Part shown: positions 49,860 through 63,496 of the stretch, in pieces
Layout: each line of letters opens with the position of its first letter
Position numbering within the stretch: the first letter of the stretch is position 1
Origin: Pseudovirgaria hyperparasitica
Taxonomy: Eukaryota
DNA: 64,000 bases
Direction: 5' to 3' (one strand)
Assembly (NCBI GenBank): GCA_010093815.1
Contig: ML996569.1
The notes under the pieces: generated by a model
Databases searched by the model: none
Seen by the model: only the letters and a program-made list of their open reading frames with translations
What the model was told of the DNA's origin: nothing
Program-made: the position numbers and the translations under genes

Positions 49860-52086
49860 TTACAACTTGCTCTGGAATAGCGTCTTGTCATTGGGGAATG
49901 GGTTGATCGTGACATCGTTCAGCGGGTTGAGCTGACTCGCGCGGTAAAACATGTCCTCGTACACCTTTCCGTCATATCGTCCCAAACTGCTATCCAACTG
50001 CCAATCCGGGAAGTCCCAAGCATCCACCAGGCGGACCGCATGTGGCCTGATCTCCTCAAGCAGTCTCATAACGGCAGTCGCGCGCGTCAGCTGGATCTGC
50101 TTAACGGTACACGCACCACTCGTGAAGAACTCGCTCGCCTCGCTCTCGAGCGTGTGCAGCGCATACAAGCGGAAGAGCTTATGCAGGAGCGCCGTCGTCT
50201 CGTTGGAGAGCTCCGCGCGTGTGTTTCCGGCACTGAGGGTGGCATAGAAGTTCTTGACGACGAGATACTGCGAATGGGCGCGCGAGAGGCGGTAGAAGTC
50301 GACTAGGAGCTCATTCCACGACTTCTTCTCAACGTCGCGGTGGCGCAGGGCTTCAAAGGTCAGGTACGAGGTGCGCCAGGCAAATGCTGCAACAATGTCT
50401 TCGTCCTTGGAGCCGATGTCGAAGGCGGCACCAATGTCGCGCTTCGTGTGGAAGTTGGTGAGAATGCGAGTGGTGTCGTTGGTGGGACGCTCGCCGTTGA
50501 GAACGGACCGGGCGGCTTTGAGGAGCTAGAGACGGTCAAATGATAGGCTTTGGAAAGAGAGGCAGATCCTTTTAACTTACATAGCGGGCGACTTGCTGGG
50601 TCAGCATGTAATTGTCGCCTTCCCATGTCGTGGTAGGGAGGTAGTCGGCGTACCAGGGACCGATACCGCTGAAACTGCTGTACCCGTGACCACCACAGGC
50701 ACGTCGGCATACCTCCAGGCCTTCAGCAGCAGTGCTACTTGCAAGAGACTTGAGACCACAGGACGTGGCGTGGAGGTCGGCTACCAGATCGCTTCCTGGT
50801 GATGTTTCTTCCGGACCGGCACCACGAGGATTGCTTTCCTCGGTTTTCTCCTTATTCACAGCCTTTTGGTTTTCCTGGTACAGCTCCATCATGGCCTTAC
50901 CAGTGAAATGTAGAGCATATGTCGCAGCAAGTAGGGTCAAGAGACGGACTTGAACCATGCGGTAGTTGAGAACCGGAGTCTCTCCCCGTTGATCTTTTGC
51001 GTCACGATCCTGGAACTGTCTTCGGATTGCACAGTAGCGCACAGCAATGGTCACACCCCGCGCCAGAACACCTCCAGCTTGCATGACGATGCTGCTGCGG
51101 ATGAAGGTAAGGGTGCCATACACTAAGGTGGCTCTGCTTGGCTGGATGTACTTGTTGGTGTTGGGGTCAACGCCAGAGAATCTTGCCAGCATGTTCCGGT
51201 GGGGAATCTTAACCTTATTGAAGAGTAAGAAACCGTTGTCCATGGTACTAAAATACCGTCAGTCAATAATTCCACATCCGCGCCACGTGCACCTACTTGT
51301 AACCAAACTTAGGGCCAATGTCTCCAACATAGATGTTCTCGAGGGGTTGGTGTGTCTTGAGGTCCCGAATCTGAACCACGAAAGGATGGGGTCCATATGG
51401 CTTTCCATTGATAATCAATTGTGCCATGACAACAGCATGGTTAGCAGTTCGGCCCAGGGATCCAATCCACCACTTGCTTGCAGTGAGATGTGGTGAATGA
51501 ATCACAAAGGTCTTGTCAGAGGGATCCCAGACAGCCACAGTCTCAAGTCCACGGACATTTGAACCATGGCCAAGCTCGGTTTGAGCGTAGCATCCTATAT
51601 ACTCGTATTTCCGTGCTTTCTCAAGGAAGAGCTTGTGCTGTTCTGGAGTTCCCTGTTCCTGGAGCGTTTTCCTGTGTGGCCATGAGCCACAGATCTTCAC
51701 GGAGTTCCAAGTGAAACTTACAGAAACATGCTATCATGAAGACCATATGGGCCAGGCTCGCTGATGAGATCGACAGCTGTGTAGTGCTCATCATACGACC
51801 AGTTGTTCTTTGCAGAGATCTGAGCAAGTCTCTTGGCACGCGCGAGAGCTGTCTCGAATCGATCGACTCTACCAGCGAAATAGTTCTGAGACTTGTCGAA
51901 TGCCTCATCAGACTCTAGGACCTTCAGAATACGCTGTTTACGCTCCCGAGCTTCATTTCCGAATAGAAAGGTTGAAAGCTCCTCGACAGGGAGATTGGAT
52001 CTCCCACGCTCCTGCTTGAGAAGCTCGCTACCCTGTGGCCCTGAAGGCGTCAACTTCTTAACCCACTCTGGTGGAGGTGGAGGCAT
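49860..52086 (-). CDS. POX1: Peroxisomal acyl-CoA oxidase; 4 exons
   Basis: GCYAQTELGHGSNV, KWWIGSLG, GDIGPKFGY, CRRACGGHGY, TWEGDNYML, LGRYDG.VY; C-terminal SKL. Confidence 0.96.
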
Positions 52087-52220
52087 TTTGACAATTATGT
52101 TATGATATTGAAGCAAATAATAGGATCAAATGACAAGAGAGAGAAGATTTCACAACTGGGTAACCTTCGCCTTAAGTCAATGATGCAGTGGGTCCAGGCC
52201 TGACCTGCTCCATGTTAGAC

Positions 52221-52311
52221 CCGAGGTAGATCATTGACGGTAACGCCTATGTTTCCTCTTTCAGCACATAGACCGAAGAATCACCGAGCTAATCTTATCT
52301 TTGAACCGAGG
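52221..52311. promoter_or_regulatory. Two FarA/FarB sites (CCGAGG) in the acyl-CoA oxidase promoter
   Basis: CCGAGG at 52221-52226 and 52306-52311, with near matches CCGAAG and CCGAGC between them. Confidence 0.65.
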
Positions 52312-52688
52312 CTTCTTCCTAATCCGCTCAATAACCTTTGGATATCAAATATTTCATATGCATGACACGTAAAAGTGCTCTGACTTTGATGTTGGGATCT
52401 CTTGTGACACCGAGATGGAAGTCGTGAAACGTGGTACTGCATTGTCCCTATTATTACAACAGGTGTAGGGCTGCGTTGTCAGGGATCCGCAGCCTGTAAG
52501 AGGTCGACCTCGACCAGCCTCTCCAATTCTCTCATTCGCATTGCCACACGTCGCGACTCAGGTAGCCACCAGCCATTTCTCTTGGTGAAAGTGGGTGGTA
52601 TTTACAGTCCGGCCTCATCGTGAGTTTCCTCCGGTCTTCCCCAACCCCTAACCATTGAATCTCGTTTCCCCACGCTGCACTGCCCCGC

Positions 52689-54079
52689 ATGCGGCCTTCC
52701 AACCTCCTGCTCAGTCTCTCACACGCAGCAGGTCTCTGCCTTACCCTCATTCCACACACCGTCATATGCGAAACACAATGGCCGTACAATCTGCCCCCTC
52801 ACATAAAATACCATCCGGAAGATGAAGTTCACGTCAAGAGGCACCTCAGCATCCAGGAGCGAATAGGATGGGAGAACCCTAGTGGGGTCCGGAAAATGAG
52901 CGTGAATGAGGGCGAGAAATTCCTCCTCGAATATTGGCAGTTCAAAGAGCCGGATATCTCCAACAATGCGACAGTGGCGCTTATAGCTGCACAGCCTCTT
53001 CGACCGGTTATTGAACGGGACAATGAGAGGGACTACTTCATAAGACATGCGATTCGCGACATCTTCCAGAGAAGAGGCTATCAATGCCCAGGTGGCACAC
53101 GGAGTTGTATCTCTATAGATCGGCCAAACAGTTGTTGTGGCTCAAACGACGTTTGCACACTCATCGAAGATACTGGACTAGGCGACGTAGGCTGCTGTGC
53201 TTCAGGGTCTGACTGCAGAGGGACTATTTCACAGTGTGACACAGGAGCTGGATACTCGAGCTGCCCAGATTCCCCAAATGGAGGCTGTTGCATACCCGGG
53301 TATAGCTGTCAGGACGTTGGGTGTAAGTCACTGTAGAAAAAAGGTTATTCGTAGAGATATGCTAATGTCAGCTAGGTATTGCTGTAAACACGCAGATAGT
53401 CACCCGGACCTTCAACCCACCTCCATCTTCATCCACCACGCCTCCTCCTTCCTCACCTCCACCTTCAAATTCGCCGAGCTCGAGTCTATCCTGTAGCCCA
53501 GGTTTCAGATCATGCCCAGCGAGCCAGGGAGGCGGATGTTGCGCTACAGATCGTGCATGTGGATCGCATACATGCCCAGCTTTGTCTACGGGGCCGCCTA
53601 CGTCGGCTGGGGCAGCGCCTCCCGTTCGGCCAACATCTGAGTCTGGTTTGATCACGACAGGCCCGGAAACATCTGCAGGGCCTGATGCGTGCCCGACAGG
53701 CTTCTACATGTGTAGCGCATACTACAGAGGCGGATGCTGTAGAGTTGGAAGGAATTGCGACAGTACATCTTGCCCTGCAACGAATACCGAGATATTGAAC
53801 ACGAATGGAATCACGATTGGGGCCCCAGCTGGTGCGACCGTTGCTCCAATACCGAGTCCGAGTTGCGCAACTGGCTGGTTCATTTGTGGTGCTGATGAAG
53901 GCAGCGGATGTTGTCCGACCGGGTATAGCTGTGGATCTGGTGATACATGCATGGCAACGGAGAGCGGGGCTCCAAACGTGGCGAAAGAACCACCAAGCAT
54001 GGCTGCAAGTGGTAATCGAGTATGTTGGTGTTTGCTAACTATCGCGTGGTTCTCGGGTGTTGCAATGTTGCTGCTATAG
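52689..54079 (+). CDS. Cys-rich GPI-anchored cell-surface protein; intron ~53322-53374
   Basis: Signal peptide, QWPYNLP...VRKMS.NEGEKF..YW, repeated CP...C.....GGCC modules, Ser/Pro linkers, hydrophobic C-terminus. Confidence 0.82.
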
Positions 54080-54925
54080 CGCGGTGAAAACCTCTGAATG
54101 ATAGGCTTGAGTACGACTGCAAATGACTGTACATACACACTGCTCACGACCTTACGACATACTCATCCTGAAGCGTTGACTAGCATTGCAAATTTAGAAA
54201 TTGAATCATGAAGGCGGGCTTACAATTGCACCTCAGAATTGTGCATGTGATAGGCATGGATGCATTCAACATCAAAAGTTGACGTGTCCGTAGCCGGGTT
54301 CGTGCTGCCAGGTTCCCTGGTCGTTGAATCTGAACCTGAAGGTGCGGCGAGTCACTAGATACAAGTTCTTCTGTGAGAACGAACAACATCCAAAAGCTTG
54401 CGTACATTATATATACAAGCCTACAAGCTCGTATAGTTAATAGTTACAAGAAGTGGTTTCCGACGTCAAACAGCTCCTGAAGGCCAGGGTGGGGACGAGG
54501 TTGCGGGCACCTGGCCCCACCCATCCATCCATCGACAATTCACAGAAGCTAACGTTCTACACTTGATCACTACACCTCATTGCAGACCGAACATCCTCTT
54601 GTATATCCTCGACCCTCGATCTTGATTCTCGACCGTCACCTCCATACCATAATCCGCTCACCGCTCACCTGGTACAGCTACCCTCGAGCTCGTAGCCCTC
54701 TACAGAGCAATTCACTTCTACACAGCTACCCCTCCCTGTCACTGACGCAACAAACCCTCACGATTCACTTTGTTCACTTCGGCCGCCCCACTTATTCGCT
54801 GGACCGCAATCTCAGCTATATAACTAGGCAGCCGGGAGTCAGACTTGATGGAGGCACCTTGGCTACTGGCCTTATCGCAACTGCCTTGAAGACTTGGTCT
54901 TCAATTGCTAGCGAAGCCAGAAACT

Positions 54926-56388
54926 ATGCCGGAAACTCGCGATGACGGTCAGCTTCCAAAGCCACAGTCTGAGAAAGAGAGAGCACACCAGATATCTCGG
55001 CGCCTTTTGTTGACTCACCAGGGCTTCAAAGTGGCGAAGGAGTACCGTACAGAAATTGCTGCTAGCAGTAGCAGCTTGTTATCAACACTGGCCGCGGTGA
55101 GTGAAGAGGACGTCCAGTTACCATTGACGGGCTGACATACGCTACAGTATCCTCTAGACTCCGTCAAGACTCGCATGCAAGCGTATGTGCCAGTTCTATT
55201 TCCGTCACTTGGCTATCACTGACCTCTTTCAGGTACAAGTTCTCTTCGTTCGCCGATTGTGTTGAACATACGTATAGGTCTGAAGGTCTCCATGGATTCT
55301 GGAGAGGTGAGTAATAGCATCATTGGACAATTGCGTGTGGCTAACGTCAATTGAACAGGTGTCTGGTCTCCACTAGCAAGCATTACACTGGTTCGCACGG
55401 TATCGTTCTCCATCTATCAAAAAGCAAAGTACACGTACGATAGCTGGATCTTTAGATCAACCGGGCAGTCACCGCTCGTGGTGGCCAACACCAAGAATGC
55501 AATGCCGACTCTTGCAACCATGGCATGCTTTGGAGCCGCAGGTGCAACCGCAGGCTGTGTTATATCTTTCATTGCTTGTAGGTCGAAAGCTGACAAACAT
55601 CCTTGAATATCACTGACTAGAACCCTAGGTCCTTTTGAACTGACCAAGCTCAGCGCACAGATTGCAGTCCTGATGTCAAAGGGCAATGGTAGAGGTGAAG
55701 CGACTGCGAAAGAAACGGCAAGAGGCAAGAGCTACGAGCAGCTGGGAACCTGGAAGACTGCCAAGCAGATCGTCAAGTACAGAGGCTTCGCTGGACTCTA
55801 TTCCGGCTTTCACCTTCATACGCGTAAGCTCAGTAATGTCTGTTGACCTACAGACTTGCTAACATTCATAGTTCGCGACACCATCGGCACCGGTATCTAC
55901 TTTATGACCTATGAGAGTGCTAAGCAGGTTCTTGCCAACGCACGCGGCAATTCTCCAACCAGTCCTGCGGCTGTAGTCGTTGCTGGTGGACTCTGCGGCC
56001 TCGTTAGTTGGGCATGCGTACGTGTCTCAAGCTGCGAACCCGAATCGTGAGGCTAATACAATCCGTAGATCTATCCAATCGACTCTGCAAAGAGCATCTA
56101 TCAGCGCAATTGCTTGACCAGCGACAAGAAGGACACTAAAAGGCCTAAAGTTCAATTCTTCAATCCTCGCATGTATCGAGGTACGTTCAGTCTGTCGCAT
56201 ACTCCGCTTATAGCGCACTAACCGTTTTCTCAGGTCTCACTGTTTCGATGACCCGCTCATGTATCGTCAATGCCGTCTTCTTTTCAGCCTTTGAGATGAC
56301 AAAGAAGTATATTAACCATTTCGAATATGATGAGGATATCATCAGACGTGGATTGGAGCAGCAGGAAGAACTTGCATCTCGGAAGTAG
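54926..56388 (+). CDS. Mitochondrial carrier (carnitine/ornithine, Ymc-like subfamily); multi-exon (~8)
   Basis: YPLDSVKTRMQ, PFELTKL, YPIDSAKS signatures; RDTIGTGIYFMTYE motif; ends ...ASRK then TAG TGA TAA. Confidence 0.85.
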
Positions 56389-57197
56389 TGATAAGTATCG
56401 ACTTACGCAGGTACGAAATGGAACATGGAGCATTGTAGGACAACAGTGGGAGGCTTCGTCGTGTTCTTTCTTGGAGTAAGACTTTTGGGTCATTTACTCA
56501 AAACGGATATCGGAACGGCTTGCATCATCACGCGGAGTCTCACGGAGTTGTTCGTGTTAATCTTCACGTCTCATCGGAAGGTTCAGTTGGGCGCTTCTTC
56601 ACTTCACTGGGTTATATGGGTGTAACTGAGCACATAGCCGTCGGTGTTTCTCGTCTAGGAATGGTCCCTTGGTAGGATCTGTCATTATACGCAGTACATT
56701 CGAACACGGATCTGATTATCATGAACTTTGCTAATTGTGTTCCTACGTTCTTGAATCCACCAGATGTAGCTAATGAAGATATGATACAGGTCAATCATCT
56801 AGCATCATTCGGTGGCCATGGTTCAATCCAGAATACTACCACTTCACGAAGAAATCTTGGCTACGGTAGCTAGCCTGGGCTTGAGTCGCATCCTGGAGAT
56901 AACTCCGGAACGCTAAAGGTAAAGGAGGACCGCGGCAAGCCCACTACAGCTGAAAGGTCAATCTAAACTATGCGCTTATACGTTTATCAACTCCTGAATC
57001 TCCGCTTTACTATCATCATGAATCCATTAATCCAACATCCGTGGAGCCTCCAATGGTGTATACAATGCGCTTCATAAATCCAACACCGATCATTACATCA
57101 GCCGCGCGCCACGCCACGCGCCTTGACGCGGCAATGGATCCATGTACCCCGGCTTTCTGTCCACTCTAACCAACCATTCAATACCACAAGAGGCCGC

Positions 57198-57422
57198 TCA
57201 CAAGTCGTCCAACTGATACTCCAGCGTGACATCCTCGGAGCATGCATCACAATAGTAGTTTGAGAAGCCGCCGCACTTGACCTTCATCTTGAGACACATG
57301 TCGACGCTCCAGACGTCGTAGGAGTAGCCCGAGAGAGTCCGATTTGGGCAAATTTCAATGCTATCGGACCACATGTAGGTTTCGTGTCCGCAGATGTACC
57401 AGGAGTAGGTGTAGGAACACAT
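57198..57422 (-). CDS. Small Cys-rich (putative Zn-binding) protein, 74 aa
   Basis: MC..Y..Y.CGH...C...C...CxxC pattern, strong ACAAAAATG context, TATAAG at ~57555 on the minus strand, no signal peptide. Confidence 0.65.
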   Translation of the reverse strand: MCSYTYSWYICGHETYMWSDSIEICPNRTLSGYSYDVWSVDMCLKMKVKCGGFSNYYCDACSEDVTLEYQLDDL

Positions 57423-58937
57423 TTTTGTAACTGGATGGTTTGGGAGGTAGCGGTGTATTTGAGCTTACTAGAAGAGGTGCCTGTGTCGGTTTAATGGGCT
57501 GGTAATGCAATCCTGGACTCGCATACGGACCTTCAGCGCACTCTCTCTGCCTTCTTATAAGAAGAGGGTCAAAACTGACTGAGTATAACGACTATGAGAA
57601 TAATCAATCGAGGAGTGTATAAGTGGGACCTCTGGTACTAAATGAAGAGCGCCGCAATTCATGTGCCAGGCAACAGCCGCGAGTTGTACAAACCGGTGAA
57701 TCCAGCGAAGTAAGGATACCGCTCTAACATCCATCCATCAACCGTCGGCACTAGCCAGCATTTATATAACATGCTGTTGTCTTATCTCACGTACTGCAGA
57801 GCGCGGATGTAGCGCCAAAAAGCTGATGTACCTAAACGACCCCTTGCCCCAGCAACGTGGAACCTGAGGTATCCAGGATCTGACAGAATGAAGATGCATA
57901 ATACATTGGTGCAGATATACCTATAGCAATGACTTGCGCAGGGCGTGTGCCGAAAGAAGGGCTTCCCTGGGATGGACAGCAGTCAATAAGTCAACAAGTC
58001 AACATTGTCCTCTTCCGATCTGGCGGGACGTCTCATGCAACTTCATTGCTTGTTCAAGTAATCGGCGTTTGACCGATCGGAGACTGACGACCGTGAGAGG
58101 CACCACTGAACTTGAGTGAACGTAGCAGGATGTGATTTGGCGGCTGAAGTTGCATGTGTGATGTGATAAGTCGAACCTCTCCTGCGCCTCGCAGGCCATT
58201 GGTCTTTGTTGCTGGCAACGGAACAATAGTCTGCATCTTTGACAACTCAGAGACCAGGCAGTTGATCCGACGACCTCAAATCCTTGAGGACGGTGGCTGA
58301 CATGAAAGATAAACAGCGGCCTCAGACATTTCTCTGCGGTATACCAGTAGTTATCCTCGTGCCAACTTAGCCTCAACTTCGAGGACGAGAATCAAGATGA
58401 TTCTGCAAGTGCCCATGACTGGCTCTTACGTTTTCACGATACTCATGCAGGGTTGAGGGCCACGACTGTTGCGACGAATCTCGTTCGTAGTCCTGATTGG
58501 TCCATAGACTTACGTGTCTCTTTACCGACTATGTACTAATCATGCTAACCGACTTACGGATCTGAAGCAGTGGCATTGTGCCTACTTCAAATCAGGGCTC
58601 CCATCAAACTATGGAAATGTAATGTTCGCCTCAACGAACTTCCAAGAATTCGACTCGTTGTGTGACTAAGATGCAATGACGTAAATCGATGAAAGGGAAA
58701 TACATGTATCGAGAAACTCCGCTGTAAACAAACCGACTGACTGAAACAGGACGAGGCGACAGCTTGTGTACAAACATACGTGTACATCATGACGAACGAA
58801 TTATATATGGCCACAAGTATCGTCGCAACTAACTTCGCAACGCACACTGTCCGATCCATGTTCGAAAAGCGATCATATGACGGACCCAAGAGCAGTAGAA
58901 CGCTAAATGCCTTAAAACCAATATCGCCAAAGTCAGA

Positions 58938-59815
58938 TCAATCGATGACCACCGCCAGTATAATGATAGTGAGCACCACTGCCATGATTATAAGCAGCCA
59001 ACAACCTTTCCCGCGGGCACTCCTTTGATACCGGTCAGCTTGCCTTAGGTTCTGATATCCTCCCTGGGTGGCCTCTCTTGTCGTCTCCACATTCTCTTCG
59101 ATGAAGTTGAGCTGCTCGCCTTGCTCATGTACAACGTGTCCGAGGTTTTTGAAAAGGTCGTTTAGCTCCTGGACCCCGTCCGCGATGTTGTCAATTTCAT
59201 TTTGACGATCATTTATCAAGGTCTCGTTAAAGTCCACCTCGTGCTGGGGCGCCATCCGTGCTCGTTCTTGCTCCTGTTCTAGCAGTTGTTGTTGAGAGCC
59301 TGACTGTGCACCAAATCCGGAGGCCGAGCTCGACTCATCTTCTAGTGCAGCACGAGTGGCCTGTGTAGCTTGTTGCTCTCGATTTATGGACTGAACAGTG
59401 GTTTGGACGTGTCCATCAATCGACTTCCACTTGGAAATAAGTGACTTCTGCTCCGTTTGTTGCTTGGTCTGGATTTAAAACCTATTAGTAAAGGAACAGA
59501 CCCAGAGATATTGATTCATGGTGTACTGACTGAGAGCTTCTCCTGCCAGTTCGACACTTTATCCGCCTTATCCTGGGCTTTCCTAACTGCAGCCGTTGTC
59601 TCCTTCAGATATTTGCCTATGGTGCCACGCGTCCTAGGTGTTTCTTCTTTCGTTCCCAGCTTCTTCGTGAACTCCTCAAGCTTTTTTACATTGCCCATCA
59701 CAGAGTTCAATATGCCGTCGAGCTCTGTAGCTAGTGTATCGAAAGATGGGTGATCGCGATAAGGTTCATCCCCCCAATGCTGGGCCTCCAGATCCGAGGA
59801 GCGTTCAAAAGACAT
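58938..59815 (-). CDS. PEP12: Endosomal/vacuolar syntaxin (Qa-SNARE); intron ~59482-59536
   Basis: MSFERSSDLEAQ start, LGTKEETPRTR, SNARE motif EVDFNETLINDRQNEI...ELNDLF...VHEQGEQLNFIEENV, C-terminal TM. Confidence 0.88.
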
Positions 59816-60269
59816 CTTGTTGAGCGTTGAAAGTGCGCAGTTGAGATAGTATGCGGAGAAGTGAGTGCACGTATCCGGGGATCGATGTATTGCTGCCTTC
59901 CAAGCCGCAAATGCACGACGACGTGAGTAGCAGTAGGTATCTAAAGTCAGGCGGCGCTGCTGGATGACGACGATCCATCCATCCCCGGCCGTCCTCCGTG
60001 CTTGGCCTTGCCAAGCCAAAACCGCCTTAGCAGCTTAGCTAAAGGCTGCTCAAACCTAAGCCCAACTGAGCGCAAGCGCAGTAATCACATCCATCCACTA
60101 ATTAGTGGAGCTTCCCAGCGCTTGTGTTTTTGTTATAACCACCACGAAACCGAATTACGCTCGTCCCACCCAGCAACCTCACCCTACACTCCCTTTGTCG
60201 CATGTCACTATGATATGAAGCCTACTCTGCAGAAATACACTCCTTTCAGCCAACTCCAGCCTCCCCATC

Positions 60270-62262
60270 ATGTCCGCGGACGCGAATAAACAAGCTCCTG
60301 TAGCTCCGCGAGCACGCCCATACAAAGACTTCCTAAATGCCGACTTCCACCGACGATTTGTGCAGGCATTCCTGGTGACCGGTGCAATATGCTATCTTAA
60401 CGCTATTCTCATGGGGCAGGCGGATATTCTCTGGATATGGTTTCCCTTTGGACGCGCAGGAGTGCGAGCGCTTCTCATTCTCCTCAGCAGCCTCTTCGTA
60501 TACGTTATAAGAGTTGCCCGGTCACACATCGGCGAGAGGAACTCGTCAAATTTTATCCAAGCCGCTCGCAATGTCTTTGGTCTACATACGTTTTTCACAT
60601 TGGCGCTATACGGGGCCTCAGCCTTCTTTTTCGTGGAGACGTATATCGCGCTTGGTGGAGCACCGGACATGGGAAACATTGAGATCGGGAGGTCAGTACT
60701 CAATCTTACCACTCACATTGAACTTTGCTGACACAGTGTAGAGCTCACGAACGTGATCGAGTGAATGAACGCCCAGTTTACCTCCGCGCCATGATCTACC
60801 TATTCCTCGTTCCCAGCCAGACATTGGTCCACCTCTTTTGCGACCATGATAAGATAGAATTTCCGTCAGAAGAGACAGATGTATCGCCTACGGTGCTATC
60901 CAGCTTACAGCCAACTAAAGATAACATGAATAAAGCTGTCAAGATGTTTAATCGCACCTTCTGGCACACTGTCGTTGTCATAGTGTCAGGAAGCATGTTC
61001 TACTTCTTCAGCACCTCACTTCGATACATGACATGGAGGATCGCATACACATCATTCTATCTGCTTGTACCTAATGCAACTGGACCCGGTCGATATCCTG
61101 CTCGAGGCTTCCTCGACATGTTCGCACGGTGCTTTTTTGAGTCGTTCCTCCTCTTGTTCCTTTGGAATACCATAAATAGTACCTTCAACATTTTCATGAG
61201 CAGGGAACCTTTGAAGAAAGGGCAGCCTTTAACGAACGACTCGAAAGATCCGAATGGGAGCTTAGTTCAAGGACTACGCTCAAGAAAAGAGTTACCTAGA
61301 GTAGGTTTGCGACAATCTTCGCATACGAAAGTACTGACGTGATATAGTGTTTTGCGTTCTGGGAATTGGCAGTCATAGCGCAACGTTTCGAGGCACGCCG
61401 GCAATCAATATACGAAGACTTCAGCCGTGGCGTGTGGAAAAAGATCCTCGACGCTTGTATATCAGAGATCGAACAAATCACTAAGCGGATCGATGCTACG
61501 AAGCCCACTCCGCCACCTGCTGCGATACCCGCAGCCCCAATTGAACCTCTCCCAAGAATCGCCCAACCTCTGAAGCAGGACAATGTCCTCGGACCCGCAT
61601 CTGCACGAAGCAACGGTCTAGCTTCATATGCGAAACAGCATGGCGTGACGCCCCGCAAAGAGATACTTGGTCCCCGTGCTGTCAAATTGATTGAGTCTGG
61701 ACGGGACAAAATTATTCCGCCACAAGCACAAGCCGAGATTCAACAAAAAGGCGTCGGAGGTCTTATGGCCGACTTGCTACTACCTCTCATTCGTACACCG
61801 ACCATTGGTCCATATTTGCGTCTAACGTTCGCTCATCAAGCGATCACTGTCGTTGCTGGATCTCCCTACAGCCGGCTGAGTACGATCATTGCCGCGGTTG
61901 GAGCTGTCACAGGGCTCGCAGTGCATAGTCTGAAAGAGGACAAATATGGCTGCGTACATGGCAATGTTCCCTTAATTGTGCGCACGCTCACAGCCGCAAT
62001 TACGTCTATCGACCAGTTCATTGCGTCAACAACACCACACTGGACAGACGTCGACTTCCGAGAGGAACATAGAAAAGTACCTGAAGTTGAGCAGATTAAG
62101 AATAAGTTGAGGAAGGGCTTAGAGAGGGTACTTACCGCACATGCGGAATACCTGGAGAGCGAGGGTTTAAGTGCACCAGAGATCAAAGCAGCCCGTCAAC
62201 TAGTCAGCGCACCATCCTTGGACGAAGCACAAAAAAAGCCTGAGATGCAGCAGGCAAGATAG
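60270..62262 (+). CDS. NDC1: Transmembrane nucleoporin Ndc1; 3 exons
   Basis: ARPYKDFL...HRRF, R..NERP.YLR, PLKKGQPLTNDSKDPNGSL..GL, AFWEL..IA......R.SIY.D, SLKEDKYG.V...VP.I.R motifs. Confidence 0.88.
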
Positions 62263-63496
62263 AAATATATGCATTCGCACTCTCCGCGCTGCACACTTCT
62301 TGTACTTCTTGCCCTTCGTATGATTCTTTGTGTGCTGGAAAAGAATATGCAGGTCATCGGACTAATTCAACCAAATGCTAGCGTACTGTTATCCGTATAT
62401 CCGACCTGTCACCCACGGAACTCTCGAGATTAGCTCCAGCCCCGAACTGTAGTATAAGACCTTCTGCTTATACGTCGCGGATATGGTAACAACAAGGCCT
62501 CTCGAGCCCCTCGAAGTCGCTGATCCTGCCTTTTCCTAACTTCGGATTTACGAACGAGCGGCTTAGCTATTCGTCATATTCGTCCATCCGGTATCTCGGT
62601 GTCAGTAATCATGTCTGGTTCTAACTATGGGGTACTCCACGTGGTACTGTCTACCCTTTTCGGATATTTAGAAATTCAGGGAGGCGGATACATCATGGAC
62701 TACATGTACAAGAAATAACATAAATCGAGCGCTACTCCAGAGTCACAATCCCTCCCATGTGCTCCGGCGCTGTCCTCGCTTGTGCTGGTATGGAAGCTTA
62801 TGGGTAGACAGCAGAGTATCACGTTAGGTGGGCTATTGTGGGCACATCGGTGTTCGTCTAACTGTTCGGCATGCAGATACGATGTATACCGAGTGTGTAC
62901 ATCTCTTTGCACGGACAAGTACAAAGCTACCTATGAAGGACAGCATACGGAGATCACACGAGCAGGGCCATGACAGCCCAACAGCTCGTTCGAAGCTTCA
63001 CTGCATTGCTTTCTCTACGGTTTGCTCCGTGCCTGTACGATACTCTTGGTTATGGATGGGCCGATAGAGTTCTGGCTTTGACTGGGCTCGTCTTGGCTAA
63101 GTTCAGAGCGAAGTTGGTACGATGGCCTAGCACTCATTTGACACCATAGTCATTTGATCATCCTATGCGAGCGCTTGTGTTGTACAGGACCCGACACTGG
63201 CTTCGTGAGGCATCACTAGTTTCAACTGAAAACTCCCAGCTTGCGGAGCTGACTGCTCTTCGCCTCCTGGGTGACACAAAACCATAGAATACGGGCGAGC
63301 TGGGCTAAGACTGGCTTCTCCCTGGCGATAATTGACTCTTATGGCTTGTTCGACCCGGCTTGGCAGTTCACTTCCGAGGCTCTCGTGGAAGATCTCAGAC
63401 TCAAATCTCTTTATAAATGTATATGTACATATATCTTGCCCGTATCTTGCCCGTAGCGAAACAGATCTGCACAGTCTACTGTTGAGTGGCACTAAG

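Noticed and set aside
56386..56394. Triple tandem stop TAG TGA TAA, and a check for TGA-CTA readthrough producing cryptic PTS1
   Set aside because: The triple stop is a curiosity only; none of the gene ends I checked had the readthrough context.
62700..63460. Small ORFs and a CTAAC...CAG acceptor downstream of NDC1
   Set aside because: Trial splicing gave no plausible protein.
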